DNA of 64,000 bases, taken from the sequence record KC295538. One strand, given 5' to 3'. The notes under the pieces were generated by a model. It searched no databases. It saw only the letters and a list, made by a program, of their open reading frames with translations, and was not told the origin of the DNA. Below are positions 8,835 to 17,936 of this stretch, piece after piece. Both the position numbers and the translations under genes were made by a program. Positions within the stretch are counted from its first letter, which is position 1. Every line of letters starts with the position of its first letter. The DNA comes from Escherichia phage PBECO4.

Positions 8835-9134
8835 TTACAGTACTTTACTATCAATGGCAACTACTTTTTTTACACTAACCGCGTGAATCACTTCCTTAGT
8901 GTTTTTAGTACTGAATACTTTCGCCGTGCCTTGTTCTACTGCAATACGATAACGACCGTTAACATCAACCATATTAATAAAGTCCGGTGTACTAAACCGA
9001 GTAGTTTTACATTTCAGTACTGTTAACAGTTCCACCAGCGATGTGGTTTCTTTGATACGTTTTTCTAAAGTAATCATTTTGTTTTCCCCGTGTTGGTATG
9101 TACATATAGTACTAAAACATTTGAGTACTGTCAA
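8835..9134 (-). CDS. hypothetical protein
   Basis: Track ORF. Confidence 0.55.
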   Translation of the reverse strand: MTVLKCFSTICTYQHGENKMITLEKRIKETTSLVELLTVLKCKTTRFSTPDFINMVDVNGRYRIAVEQGTAKVFSTKNTKEVIHAVSVKKVVAIDSKVL

Positions 9135-9385
9135 CGTGATATTAGTTTTATTTTCTTATTATATTGTTGATGTTCATAAAGGTTTATCTTTCCTGTGTTC
9201 TCTATTACTATTCTGTTGTTAGTGTCTACATCGATTACACGCAGTTTTCCGTTGCTTAACTTCCTTGGTAATAGGTTACCATTAATAAACTCATTAGCAA
9301 GCTGTACGGCCTTTGTGATGATTCTCTGAGGTGCTTTATAGTGTACCCGCAAGATATTATCTTTAGATAGTTGTACCTTAATCAT
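9131..9385 (-). CDS. hypothetical protein
   Basis: Track ORF; 4-nt overlap with downstream gene. Confidence 0.55.
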   Translation of the reverse strand: MIKVQLSKDNILRVHYKAPQRIITKAVQLANEFINGNLLPRKLSNGKLRVIDVDTNNRIVIENTGKINLYEHQQYNKKIKLISR

Positions 9386-9400
9386 TTTAGTTTATCCTAT

Positions 9401-9425
9401 AAAAAAGGCGGGAACTGATCCCGCC
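9401..9425 (-). terminator. rho-independent terminator (minus strand)
   Basis: ggcgggaactgatcccgcc hairpin preceded on + by AAAAAA (U-run on minus), just 3' of gene 9448..9843. Confidence 0.6.
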
Positions 9426-9447
9426 GTGTTGTTAGTACTGCAAGTTA

Positions 9448-9843
9448 TTAGATAACCTGTCGGCGTTTACTATATACTGTTACACGATTACCCTTACGGT
9501 CGTGTCGGATCTCTTTCTGGTTGCGTACCAGTTCACTTGGACGCTTCAGGTTTGCCAGGTGATCCGCGTGAGTCCAAGCGGTATGGTTTGTCTGTACTTT
9601 GATATCAGAATCAGCGATAAACTCATCTTGTGCATCAAGTATTGACGCCAGTAAATCCGCTCGTTTTAGTTCTGCTGCTGTTAGTACTGGCTCCGGTGAA
9701 TTCACAATATCAGAGATCTCTTTGAACTGTACGGCCCAGCGTTGACCTTTCGGTGCATCTTTGCCCATGTCTTTAAATGTTTCGCCTTCCTCGCGTGCAA
9801 CAATACGGGCAGCTTCACGGGTAGCGTAGAATTTAGTAATCAT
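9448..9843 (-). CDS. hypothetical protein, paralog of 22341..22607
   Basis: Shared FATRE.ARI.AR..G.TFKDMG and DRKGNRVTVY segments. Confidence 0.6.
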   Translation of the reverse strand: MITKFYATREAARIVAREEGETFKDMGKDAPKGQRWAVQFKEISDIVNSPEPVLTAAELKRADLLASILDAQDEFIADSDIKVQTNHTAWTHADHLANLKRPSELVRNQKEIRHDRKGNRVTVYSKRRQVI

Positions 9844-9938
9844 GGTATACATCCTATTAGTTGAGTTAGTACTACAAGTTAGAGTCTATTATAAAGTACT
9901 ATCTGGGCAATGTCAAATAGTACTTTAAATGGATTCTA

Positions 9939-10262
9939 TTACATGTCTTTCTTACGTTTTACATCGTGGTAGCGAACTGTTATTTCTTTGTTGATCTCTT
10001 CCTCGATGCGGTGAATAACTGTTTCTTTCGGGTTGAAACCTATAACGGTTTCTTTAATGATCTCCAAGCCCGTGTATTCTCCTTGTGTACCGTAACCGTA
10101 AGTAAAGGTTTCATGTCCCAGGTCTTCCCAGCGGTCGCCAATTAACGCGGACACGTAGCAAGAGTGGTAAGTGTTACCGTTCCGATCAGTCCAGCGATTA
10201 ACTTTAATGTCAAAGGAGGTTACAATTTTCAGTTCTACTTTCTGGGTAAGGATCATAGCCAT
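9939..10262 (-). CDS. hypothetical protein, paralog of 16709..17032
   Basis: Shared RWTD..GNTYHSC.VS, FTYGY, C-terminal DVKRKKD. Confidence 0.6.
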   Translation of the reverse strand: MAMILTQKVELKIVTSFDIKVNRWTDRNGNTYHSCYVSALIGDRWEDLGHETFTYGYGTQGEYTGLEIIKETVIGFNPKETVIHRIEEEINKEITVRYHDVKRKKDM

Positions 10263-10352
10263 TTTTATTTCTCTCTCTCTTTGTTAGGAGGGGAACCGTT
10301 TCCCCTCGCTTGATGTAAACTATTATACAGTACTAAGATACTTTGTCAATAC
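10263..10352 (-). promoter_or_regulatory. sigma70-like promoter + 5' UTR hairpin
   Basis: tgtcaa/attata on +; hairpin gaggggaaccgtttcccctc. Confidence 0.6.
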
Positions 10353-10535
10353 TTATTTTTTGGAAAGTTTACGCATTAATTCTACGCTTTCTTGTGAACG
10401 TTTTGCTACCTGGCAATCTGTATGGGTAGTAAACATTTTTGTATAGTCTGACGGTTTGCCACCGAACCGAGCGGCACGCTCACGGGCACTTGGAACTAAT
10501 ACGATTTCTTTCTTACAGATAGTGCACTTAGCCAT
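10353..10535 (-). CDS. small Cys-containing protein (possible zinc ribbon)
   Basis: CTICKK...HTDC in 60 aa; own promoter+hairpin. Confidence 0.5.
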   Translation of the reverse strand: MAKCTICKKEIVLVPSARERAARFGGKPSDYTKMFTTHTDCQVAKRSQESVELMRKLSKK

Positions 10536-10620
10536 TTTTATTTCTCTCTCTTTGTTAGGAGGGGAACCATTCCCCCCTTGATGTAAACTATTATACAGTA
10601 CTAAGATACTTTGTCAATAC
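10536..10620 (-). promoter_or_regulatory. sigma70-like promoter + 5' UTR hairpin
   Basis: Near-identical copy of unit 10263..10352. Confidence 0.6.
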
Positions 10621-10896
10621 TTAATTATTGTAAATGCAGTGAATAGTGATAAAGTTTTTACGACCGTAAACCTGCAAATCAATATCAATGTAGTGCTTAT
10701 CAAGTACATCCTCGACGCTTAACGCGGTGTCGTGAATATCTTCGTAGAATTGAGGATCTACAATCTTGCTTAAGTCATCCGGCGTTAACTTATCGTTAAG
10801 CCATTGAACCGCCTGGATATCTGCTTCACGTTTCCAGTCTTCCAGGTTAGTAGTCAGTACTTGCTCGATTTCGTTAGCTGTCAGTAGAATCCGCAT
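10621..10896 (-). CDS. hypothetical protein
   Basis: Track ORF. Confidence 0.55.
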   Translation of the reverse strand: MRILLTANEIEQVLTTNLEDWKREADIQAVQWLNDKLTPDDLSKIVDPQFYEDIHDTALSVEDVLDKHYIDIDLQVYGRKNFITIHCIYNN

Positions 10897-11093
10897 TTTT
10901 ATGTTTCCTTATCAGTAGTTGATGTAAGTATTATACTCGTTTACTTTCTATTGTCAATCTTTTTTTATCAGGGGAGTTTTTCGTATGTCTTACTCCTGGA
11001 CTACTTAACGGGGTTACTTGTTTTGTTCCCCGTCCTGATGTAAAACATTATACTTGATTCTAAGTACAATGCAAGTACTTTTTAAAAATAGTT

Positions 11094-11258
11094 TTACTTA
11101 CTCATATTAACAGGCTTGAACGGTGGCAATGTAAGATCATGCGGGGTTAAACTATCATGCTTTGCCCACATACCGGAATCCCTACGGAATAATACCTTAT
11201 TGTTTTTTATACGATAAAAGTTACCATTATCAGTGTTTTTGTACCATATCATTTTCAT
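11094..11258 (-). CDS. hypothetical small protein (54 aa)
   Basis: Own translation MKMIWYKNTDNGNF..; GGAG SD; promoter motif upstream. Confidence 0.4.
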   Translation of the reverse strand: MKMIWYKNTDNGNFYRIKNNKVLFRRDSGMWAKHDSLTPHDLTLPPFKPVNMSK

Positions 11259-11398
11259 TTACTCCTGGTTATGTCGTTATTAAACATTATACGGGGTTAT
11301 AGATAGTTTTCAAGTATATTTCAGTACTAGCCACCAGCATATAATAGATACATTTATGCACCCTATGGGCTGATTTTTTTCTATGCGTATATAATAGC

Positions 11399-11430
11399 AA
11401 AGGGACTGACCGGAGTCAATCCCTTTTTTA
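11399..11430. terminator. TTGACT-containing hairpin element (copy 3)
   Basis: agggactgaccggagtcaatccctttttt. Confidence 0.5.
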
Positions 11431-11437
11431 ATTCTTT

Positions 11438-11587
11438 TTAAACTTCTTTCGGGTTGCGATATGTGATAGCGTTCGGGTACATTTGTTTAATGTTATTCCA
11501 TGCCTGGTTAACATTGTAACCACTTGAGCGAATCAGTTGGTTACTACCGACACCTTGAAACACTACTTCGAATAAGAATTCTTTCAT
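11438..11587 (-). CDS. hypothetical small protein (49 aa)
   Basis: Own translation MKEFLFEVVFQG..; ATGA overlap with upstream ORF. Confidence 0.4.
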   Translation of the reverse strand: MKEFLFEVVFQGVGSNQLIRSSGYNVNQAWNNIKQMYPNAITYRNPKEV

Positions 11588-11757
11588 GCTTTCACCTCGC
11601 TATCTGCTTTACCTTTACGCCAGGACATTACTAATTGTTCGCGTTGCCATAAATCGAGTGATACAAAAAGTTTTGCGGTATCACTTTTAGGATACTCGCC
11701 AGTAGTACCTAACCGATAAAACAGATCTTTCAGTACTGATAATTCTACTTGAATCAT
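11584..11757 (-). CDS. hypothetical small protein (57 aa)
   Basis: Own translation MIQVELSVLKDLFYRLG..; translationally coupled. Confidence 0.4.
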   Translation of the reverse strand: MIQVELSVLKDLFYRLGTTGEYPKSDTAKLFVSLDLWQREQLVMSWRKGKADSEVKA

Positions 11758-11863
11758 TTTATTACTCCTGATTGATTTAATACTTCTACTATTGCATGAA
11801 TGATCATAAGTACAGCTAAAACAATAATCATCGGATTCATTTGCATAAGCTGTACTCCTTCTA

Positions 11864-12076
11864 TTAATCTTTCAGCCAATGATCTTGAATGAATTTTTCA
11901 CAGAATCCCTGTTTCATGGATTCCAACAGGCGTTCGCGGTGAGCGTTTGCGAATTGCTCAGTACTATGCGTTACGCCAGGCTGATAACGTGATACCCCAT
12001 CCGGTCCGATGTATTGTACATCCCACGGTTTTTCGTTAGTATCAGACCATTTACGAACGATTAGTTGACCTTGCAT
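11864..12076 (-). CDS. hypothetical protein
   Basis: Track ORF; promoter+hairpin 12077..12159. Confidence 0.6.
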   Translation of the reverse strand: MQGQLIVRKWSDTNEKPWDVQYIGPDGVSRYQPGVTHSTEQFANAHRERLLESMKQGFCEKFIQDHWLKD

Positions 12077-12159
12077 TTTTCTTTCCTCTCAGTGGGGAGA
12101 ATCATTTCTCCCCTTCATGTAACTTATTATACAGTACTAGATTATCTTGTCAATAGTTT
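12077..12159 (-). promoter_or_regulatory. sigma70-like promoter + 5' UTR hairpin
   Basis: ggggagaatcatttctcccc hairpin; tgtcaa/attata. Confidence 0.6.
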
Positions 12160-12483
12160 TTATTCACCTTGTTTGAATTTAGTTTTCTCCATTGATTCCA
12201 TGATTGCAACCAATACGCCGTGGATCTCGCTTAACGCGGAATCACTGAAAGCATTAATGAATAGTCGATCATTCTCGCGAATATTTTTAATGTACTTTTC
12301 AGCAGTAGTTGCGAATTCATTCAACGGTAGATCAAATGCTTTATCCCATGATGGATGGCGTAATTGTAACAGTACTGGATTATCACGATCACCAGGGGAA
12401 AACGTACCAGTGATGAAACATACGCCCGGAATACTTTCGAACTGGCAACGGACTTCCTTTGTGATAGTAGTATGAATGTACAT
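12160..12483 (-). CDS. hypothetical protein
   Basis: Track ORF. Confidence 0.55.
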   Translation of the reverse strand: MYIHTTITKEVRCQFESIPGVCFITGTFSPGDRDNPVLLQLRHPSWDKAFDLPLNEFATTAEKYIKNIRENDRLFINAFSDSALSEIHGVLVAIMESMEKTKFKQGE

Positions 12484-12510
12484 TTATTGTTATCCTCTAT
12501 TAAATTAATA

Positions 12511-12705
12511 TTACAGTTTATGAATCAATTCTTTATCTAAGCGATAGCGTACATTATTAATAGTAACGGCATTGTTTTTAATGCTACGCTGTACAGGTCC
12601 ACCAGCAATAACAAATGTTGCTTTATTACCCCGAACAATGATAGCACTTCCAGGATTACCGAAATCATCTTGTACTAAAATACTTGATAAGTTTTCCATT
12701 TTCAT
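12511..12705 (-). CDS. hypothetical protein
   Basis: Track ORF; promoter+hairpin upstream. Confidence 0.55.
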   Translation of the reverse strand: MKMENLSSILVQDDFGNPGSAIIVRGNKATFVIAGGPVQRSIKNNAVTINNVRYRLDKELIHKL

Positions 12706-12780
12706 TTCCTCTTAGTAGGGGAAGATGTTTCCCCTTGATGTAAGTACTATAACACTACTGGATAGTACTGTCAATACTTT
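12706..12780 (-). promoter_or_regulatory. promoter + 5' UTR hairpin
   Basis: hairpin aggggaagatgtttcccct; tgtcaa -35. Confidence 0.5.
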
Positions 12781-13038
12781 TTATCTCATAGATCTATGCC
12801 AACAATTACGCGGGGGACGTTTAAAAGTACTATCATGATCCTCCTGGCAAGTTATGCAGTACTTACATCCCTTAACGGCCTGGCGTCGTTTCTCAGGGAT
12901 TATATCGCCGCAGTCGAGGCAATGTATCAGTGATTCTATTTGTGCGTTAATTTGCTTTCTAGCGTGGTTAACGGCGGCCTGAATCACTGCGTTAATCTCG
13001 TCTTGTTCGGCCCCATCTTTCGCGAATCCTACAGCCAT
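12781..13038 (-). CDS. TraR/DksA-family C4 zinc finger protein
   Basis: C-x2-C-G-x2-IP-x2-RR-x5-C-x2-C spacing (HCLDCGDIIPEKRRQAVKGCKYCITCQ) matches the DksA/TraR zinc finger. Confidence 0.6.
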   Translation of the reverse strand: MAVGFAKDGAEQDEINAVIQAAVNHARKQINAQIESLIHCLDCGDIIPEKRRQAVKGCKYCITCQEDHDSTFKRPPRNCWHRSMR

Positions 13039-13369
13039 TATTTTAACCTCATTATAAAAATACTATAGTACTGTAATGCGACAATAATATTACTTGTTCT
13101 TACTTTTTCCAATCCACATGATACCACATATTCATCCCCATATGTGCGGAACGATACACCATGAAAATTTTTATACACTTGCACTACTAATCATAACCTT
13201 TCGTCTAACCAACTGCATAGAATTATACTACTTTACGCAAATTGATCAAGTATTGATCAGATCATTTTTTGATCAATATTATACAGTTACATTTGTGCAC
13301 CCTATGGGTTAGTGACGTTCTCGTCTTGATGTAAGTATTATGCCAGTACTTGATGATATTGTCAATAGT

Positions 13370-13567
13370 TTATTTTAATTTTTTTCTGTCATTGATTAAT
13401 GCTTTCAGTACTATACTAATGATTTGCAATGATTCATCAATGACTATAAAATTATTCTCTTTCATTAGATGATAGTTACCATTGATTGTATATTCTAAGG
13501 AGTACTGTTTACGTTTAATTTTTGATAATGTTTCTATTTGTTTTTGTACTGATTTCATGCTAATCAT
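13370..13567 (-). CDS. hypothetical protein
   Basis: Track ORF. Confidence 0.5.
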   Translation of the reverse strand: MISMKSVQKQIETLSKIKRKQYSLEYTINGNYHLMKENNFIVIDESLQIISIVLKALINDRKKLK

Positions 13568-13672
13568 TGTTAAACGTCCTGTAACGCATTCTAACGAGAT
13601 AAACGGTTTAGTACTGGCATTGTATAGGGTAATGAATTAAAGCCCACCAGCGTTAACCAGTGGGCTATAATC

Positions 13673-13816
13673 TTACATCTTGCGGATAATCTTAACAGTA
13701 TCTTTCACCGATTTACCGTCTTGCTGGCATTGCTCGATCATTGCGTATTGTTCTGCTGTAAGATCCTCGCCAGTTTTTGCCAGTACTGCGTCGATGAATG
13801 AATCCAGTGCGATCAT
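13673..13816 (-). CDS. hypothetical small protein (47 aa)
   Basis: Own translation MIALDSFIDAVLAKTGEDL..; promoter-like region upstream. Confidence 0.4.
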   Translation of the reverse strand: MIALDSFIDAVLAKTGEDLTAEQYAMIEQCQQDGKSVKDTVKIIRKM

Positions 13817-13915
13817 TTTGTTTCTCTCTTAGGTTAAGTTAACTACTGTTTATAAAACTTATTATACAGTACTATCAAACGTTGTCAATATCTTTAATAG
13901 TACTGGTAATATATT

Positions 13916-14095
13916 TTAGCGGTAATCGTCGTATGCTTTATTCACCTGGCGAATGTAACTTTCAAAGGCTTCGTCTACCGTTTCATACTCCCGAACATAA
14001 TCACCATAGGAAACTACATACATACCTTTTTGATCTTCAAACGACATGATGATAGAATCCAGGCCGATGATTTCAGTTTTTGCGATGATAGCCAT
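13916..14095 (-). CDS. hypothetical protein
   Basis: Track ORF trimmed to ATG 14095 (MAIIAKTE..). Confidence 0.55.
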   Translation of the reverse strand: MAIIAKTEIIGLDSIIMSFEDQKGMYVVSYGDYVREYETVDEAFESYIRQVNKAYDDYR

Positions 14096-14178
14096 TTTTA
14101 ATTCCTTAGTAGTGTAGTTGATAAAAGTTATTATGCCAGTACTATCAATCAGTGTCAATAGTACTGTGATAATATTTT

Positions 14179-14391
14179 TTAGTTAATAATAGTCAGTGTA
14201 AAATTGTAATCCCCTGCCTGGTATAGTACTTTATCGCCGAACGTTCCAACACGTTTCATATTGCAATAGATACCCATAACACTTTTTACATCTTTGATAT
14301 TCCGAACGCCAGTAATATCCTTGTTTAAATGATCGTGATCAGAAAATAAAACTTGTTTTGCATTTTTCAGTACAGTGCAGATATTAGCCAT
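14179..14391 (-). CDS. hypothetical protein
   Basis: Track ORF; promoter+hairpin 14392..14485. Confidence 0.6.
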   Translation of the reverse strand: MANICTVLKNAKQVLFSDHDHLNKDITGVRNIKDVKSVMGIYCNMKRVGTFGDKVLYQAGDYNFTLTIIN

Positions 14392-14485
14392 TTTGTTTTC
14401 TCTCTGTTAGTGGGGAGAATCATTTCTCCCCTTCATGTAACTTATTATACAGTACTATAATCTATTGTCAAACTATTTTTTTATA
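14392..14485 (-). promoter_or_regulatory. sigma70-like promoter + 5' UTR hairpin
   Basis: ggggagaatcatttctcccc hairpin identical to that at 12077..12159. Confidence 0.6.
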
Positions 14486-14827
14486 TTATTCGAAATCTTC
14501 TGGACCGGACTGATAATCATCTTCACCGTATGCACTTTCTAACTTCTCGCCAGTGTGATCATCAGTTAGTGAATCATCCTCATAATTCACGTCTACGCCT
14601 ACAATGTAAAACTGGCTATCGTCTGGATCATTGAAATTAATTTTCTGAATGTTTACAATAACTGTATTGATGCCCAGGACACAGCCATCAGCCGTTACAA
14701 AGTACTGATAGTTTTCACAACCGCCTGAATTGAAACCGTAATTGATTTCGGCCCGACCATCATTTAAACGCAGTGCCTGGGCGATGATTTCGTTTTCAAA
14801 GTTAGATTGAGCAATTGAGATAGTCAT
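14486..14827 (-). CDS. hypothetical acidic protein
   Basis: Track ORF; D/E-rich C-terminus. Confidence 0.6.
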   Translation of the reverse strand: MTISIAQSNFENEIIAQALRLNDGRAEINYGFNSGGCENYQYFVTADGCVLGINTVIVNIQKINFNDPDDSQFYIVGVDVNYEDDSLTDDHTGEKLESAYGEDDYQSGPEDFE

Positions 14828-15019
14828 GATTCGTTTCCTTATTACTAGGGGAAACCGTTTCCCCTTTCGATGTAAAACATTATACGCTTATTGAGATAGT
14901 TTGCAAGTACTTTTTATCAAATACTTTAAAATAGTTTTCAGTACTCAAACATTATACAATAGATACACTCCTGCACCCTGTGGGCTAGTGAGCTATCTCT
15001 CAATGATTATATAATAACA

Positions 15020-15049
15020 AAATGGCTGACCGAAGTCAACCACTTTTTT
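15020..15049. terminator. TTGACT-containing hairpin element (copy 4, variant)
   Basis: aatggctgaccgaagtcaaccacttttttc. Confidence 0.45.
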
Positions 15050-15052
15050 CAT

Positions 15053-15187
15053 TTATTTTTTAGCTTTAAGTACTGCGGCCTTTCGTGTCATGCCTTGCTT
15101 GATGTATTCCTGTACTTTCGCTTTACGTGCTTTAGCTTTATCTGCTTTAGTTTTAGGAGTACTGTAAACTATACCGTTAGGATTCAT
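15053..15187 (-). CDS. hypothetical small basic protein (44 aa)
   Basis: Own translation MNPNGIVYSTPKTKADKAKARKAK.. Confidence 0.35.
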   Translation of the reverse strand: MNPNGIVYSTPKTKADKAKARKAKVQEYIKQGMTRKAAVLKAKK

Positions 15188-15273
15188 TTAAATCACCATA
15201 AAGAATAGATAGGTTACTAACAACGCCGCGATCAATGCACCGACCAGGGCCGAACTGTAATAAGCTAAGGATC

Positions 15274-15426
15274 TCATTTTTTAGCCTGAAAATAATGTTT
15301 AATTTGTGCGGCGGTCAGTGCACAATTACGCAGGAAGTTTTCTGTATAACTGCGGCGAGTATTAAAAGAGAATTGACCTTTACCGTTACCGATAGTTACA
15401 TCCATCCGAGCGTTGTATTGTTTCAT
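15274..15426 (-). CDS. hypothetical small protein
   Basis: Track ORF 15274..15456 trimmed to MKQYNARMDV.. Confidence 0.5.
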   Translation of the reverse strand: MKQYNARMDVTIGNGKGQFSFNTRRSYTENFLRNCALTAAQIKHYFQAKK

Positions 15427-15507
15427 TTTGTATCTCCTGTTATCGGGGAGAATCATTTCTCCCCTTCATGTAAAACATTATACAGTACTAAAAACTAATT
15501 GCAAGTA
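15427..15507 (-). promoter_or_regulatory. sigma70-like promoter (TTGCAA -35) + 5' UTR hairpin
   Basis: ggggagaatcatttctcccc; ttgcaagtatt on +. Confidence 0.6.
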
Positions 15508-15750
15508 TTATTTTAAACTTTGTGCGACTAATTTCGCACGGTCAATCATATACTGCCATTTTTGGATCTCTTCTGGCAGAAAACGATATTCACCAATAAC
15601 AATAGTGATACACTTTTCAGCTTGGTCAATGTATGTAGTATCAATCTCGACTTGAACGGGTACACGTTCGCCGTATTCAGTCCCTGGGATAATGCAATCA
15701 TTATCATAAGTTACAGTAGTAGTAGTGTCTTTGATTAAAATTGTTTCCAT
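15508..15750 (-). CDS. hypothetical protein
   Basis: Track ORF. Confidence 0.6.
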   Translation of the reverse strand: METILIKDTTTTVTYDNDCIIPGTEYGERVPVQVEIDTTYIDQAEKCITIVIGEYRFLPEEIQKWQYMIDRAKLVAQSLK

Positions 15751-15819
15751 TATACTTTCCTCGTTAGGTGTAAGGGGAACGTTTTCCCCTTCATGTAAAA
15801 CATTATACAGTACTGAAAA
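15751..15819 (-). promoter_or_regulatory. sigma70-like promoter + 5' UTR hairpin
   Basis: aggggaacgttttcccct hairpin. Confidence 0.55.
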
Positions 15820-16029
15820 CTAATTGCAAGTACTTTCCGAAAGTAAATGCTCATACGCTGCATTAACTACATTTTCAATAACCGACTGTACAGAAAGATC
15901 CCCCACGTCCTGGCTATAGTAGAAATTGCTTACAGTGGTGTCATCGTATGCAAATACTTTACCAGGTACTGCATCAATCACATACATATTAACCTTTAAG
16001 ATGTCGATCTTATCCTGTACAGTAAGCAT
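15820..16029 (-). CDS. hypothetical protein
   Basis: Track ORF. Confidence 0.55.
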   Translation of the reverse strand: MLTVQDKIDILKVNMYVIDAVPGKVFAYDDTTVSNFYYSQDVGDLSVQSVIENVVNAAYEHLLSESTCN

Positions 16030-16034
16030 ATTAA

Positions 16035-16307
16035 TTAACCTTTTAAGTACTGGCTTAAGTAGTCTTTTTGATCTTCGGTGATTGCAGTCATCTTCCCTAG
16101 TACTGGATTGATGATATAATCCCCTGTAACGTCCTGTAACGCATTCTCAGGCGGTTTAACGGCTGGGGTAGCCATAGCCATTGCCTGGACTTGTTCGACG
16201 CTGTAACGCTCATAAAGGCGGCATTCTTCCGGTGTTAACATAGCATCAGTACGCTTCATCGGTTTAATGATGCTTTCGATCTCATTCAGTACTTGATTAA
16301 CGTTCAT
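16035..16307 (-). CDS. hypothetical protein
   Basis: Track ORF. Confidence 0.55.
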   Translation of the reverse strand: MNVNQVLNEIESIIKPMKRTDAMLTPEECRLYERYSVEQVQAMAMATPAVKPPENALQDVTGDYIINPVLGKMTAITEDQKDYLSQYLKG

Positions 16308-16358
16308 GGTATAATCCCCAATATAAGCGGCCTAAATCGACCGCTAACGATGTTTTGA

Positions 16359-16628
16359 TTAATAGGTGTAAGGTTGACGCTCAAACAATGATTGTACGCT
16401 GTACGCCCCGCTAATGGGCTTCGCTGGCAAATCAATTTTATATTGTTCACGCTTAAAGATAATAAAACGGCAATTGTTTTTAACATCAAAATTGATTGAA
16501 CGTTCCAGGAGTTTTCCATCGTGCACAAATACAAGATAACCGCTTGGTACTTGTTTTGTAGAACTGGTTGCAACCATAGACCGACGAACATGTGTACCTG
16601 CATCGATTAAAGTACTGATATTTTTCAT
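16359..16628 (-). CDS. hypothetical protein
   Basis: Track ORF; preferred over overlapping 16304..16603 frame. Confidence 0.5.
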   Translation of the reverse strand: MKNISTLIDAGTHVRRSMVATSSTKQVPSGYLVFVHDGKLLERSINFDVKNNCRFIIFKREQYKIDLPAKPISGAYSVQSLFERQPYTY

Positions 16629-16708
16629 TTTACTATCCTCTTAAGTTGATTTAATTTCTTTCCCCTATGCAGACACTGTATCAAAGTATCTGCATAAAGT
16701 AAAGCTAA

Positions 16709-17032
16709 TTAAAGATCTTTTTTACGTTTTACATCCTGTACAGTACAATGCAACGGGATAGACAAATCATTACACAAACGAGTAAGGGAGGTTTCAACAG
16801 TATCAAGCCCGTCTACTGATTCCTTTAAGAGATCAAACGCCGTTTGTTGATATGCATCTTCATAGCCATAAGTAAATGATTCAACCGCCAGATCATTCAA
16901 ACCGTTATCCAGTTCAACGCTTACATGACAAGAATGATAAGTATTGCCATATGAATCAGTCCAACGTTTACCGTCAACATTGATTGCATGGATTGCAGCC
17001 AGGGAAACGGTATTGATGATAGTTTTAGCCAT
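16709..17032 (-). CDS. hypothetical protein, paralog of 9939..10262
   Basis: Shared RWTD.YGNTYHSCHVS, FTYGY, DVKRKKDL. Confidence 0.6.
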   Translation of the reverse strand: MAKTIINTVSLAAIHAINVDGKRWTDSYGNTYHSCHVSVELDNGLNDLAVESFTYGYEDAYQQTAFDLLKESVDGLDTVETSLTRLCNDLSIPLHCTVQDVKRKKDL

Positions 17033-17123
17033 TTTAGTATTCCTTAAATTAATATGTGTCGTCTTGATAAAATCTATTATGCCAGTACTATCAAACTATG
17101 TCAATAGTACTGTGATAATATTT

Positions 17124-17336
17124 TTACTTACTTTCTTTCGCTGCTTTATATGTTGCCACTGCCATAACCACATCAGCACGAACAAAGTTTTTAACCGTGT
17201 CACTGTAATAATTGATCGCATCATCTATATCTGCGAACGTCCGATACATACCGCACCAAGATACTTTATAACCTTCTTTCACTTCTGCCAGTTTAACGAT
17301 AGTCTTGTTAACTTTGATTTTAGTAATGATAGCCAT
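17124..17336 (-). CDS. hypothetical protein
   Basis: Track ORF trimmed to ATG 17336 (MAIITKIKV..). Confidence 0.55.
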   Translation of the reverse strand: MAIITKIKVNKTIVKLAEVKEGYKVSWCGMYRTFADIDDAINYYSDTVKNFVRADVVMAVATYKAAKESK

Positions 17337-17423
17337 TTTAGTTTCCTCATTATCAGGGAGAACCATTTCTCCCCTTGATGTAATGTATTATACTTTATTC
17401 GATTTACTTTGCAAGTACTTTTT
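17337..17423 (-). promoter_or_regulatory. sigma70-like promoter + 5' UTR hairpin
   Basis: gggagaaccatttctcccc hairpin. Confidence 0.55.
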
Positions 17424-17651
17424 TTAATTTAATTCATCCAGGCAAAGGATACGCTCAACGCCCAAATCAGTTAAACTAATCGACGGCACTTGATAGGTTT
17501 CAATGTATGCTACACTTGCCCACTGACCGAACTCATTAACGGCCCAGGTATTCATTGCATTTTGCAATTCCGCACCTGCCTTGTTAGTAATGACTGCAAC
17601 TACTTGTTCGTTGCCAGTAGTACCAGATACGCGAGTAATGATAATAGCCAT
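17424..17651 (-). CDS. hypothetical protein
   Basis: Track ORF trimmed to ATG 17651 (MAIIITRVSG..). Confidence 0.55.
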   Translation of the reverse strand: MAIIITRVSGTTGNEQVVAVITNKAGAELQNAMNTWAVNEFGQWASVAYIETYQVPSISLTDLGVERILCLDELN

Positions 17652-17888
17652 TGTTTTGATTCCTTTGATTTGGAAGGAGAACCGTTTCCCCCTCTCGATG
17701 TAAAACATTATACGCTAATCTCTTAATCGTGCAAGTACTTTTTATTACTTTTTGCAAAATACTTTAAACGCTCTCAATCGCATTCTAACGACCTTAACGC
17801 CACCAGCTAGGGCGATGTATCAGATAATCAGTTTAATGCGTTAGAATCGATTCTAGGCGGTGCTGGTGGACTGGAATACTACAGACAC

Positions 17889-17915
17889 AAAAAAGCCCAC
17901 TGTTTAAGGTGGGCT
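17889..17915 (-). terminator. rho-independent terminator (minus strand)
   Basis: agcccactgtttaaggtgggct hairpin with A-run on + (U-run on minus), 3' of gene 17937..18419. Confidence 0.6.
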
Positions 17916-17936
17916 AGTGATTCAGTACTTTAATTG

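Noticed and set aside
16304-16603. Track ORF 16304..16603 overlapping 16359..16628
   Set aside because: Alternative frame of the same region with odd composition; the 16359..16628 frame fits the neighbouring gene spacing better. Low confidence either way
17770-17880. Possible tRNA in the inverted-repeat region (7-bp terminal pairing ccaccag/ctggtgg)
   Set aside because: No T-loop (GTTCRANYC) or D-arm; the internal sequence is a perfect palindrome, not a cloverleaf
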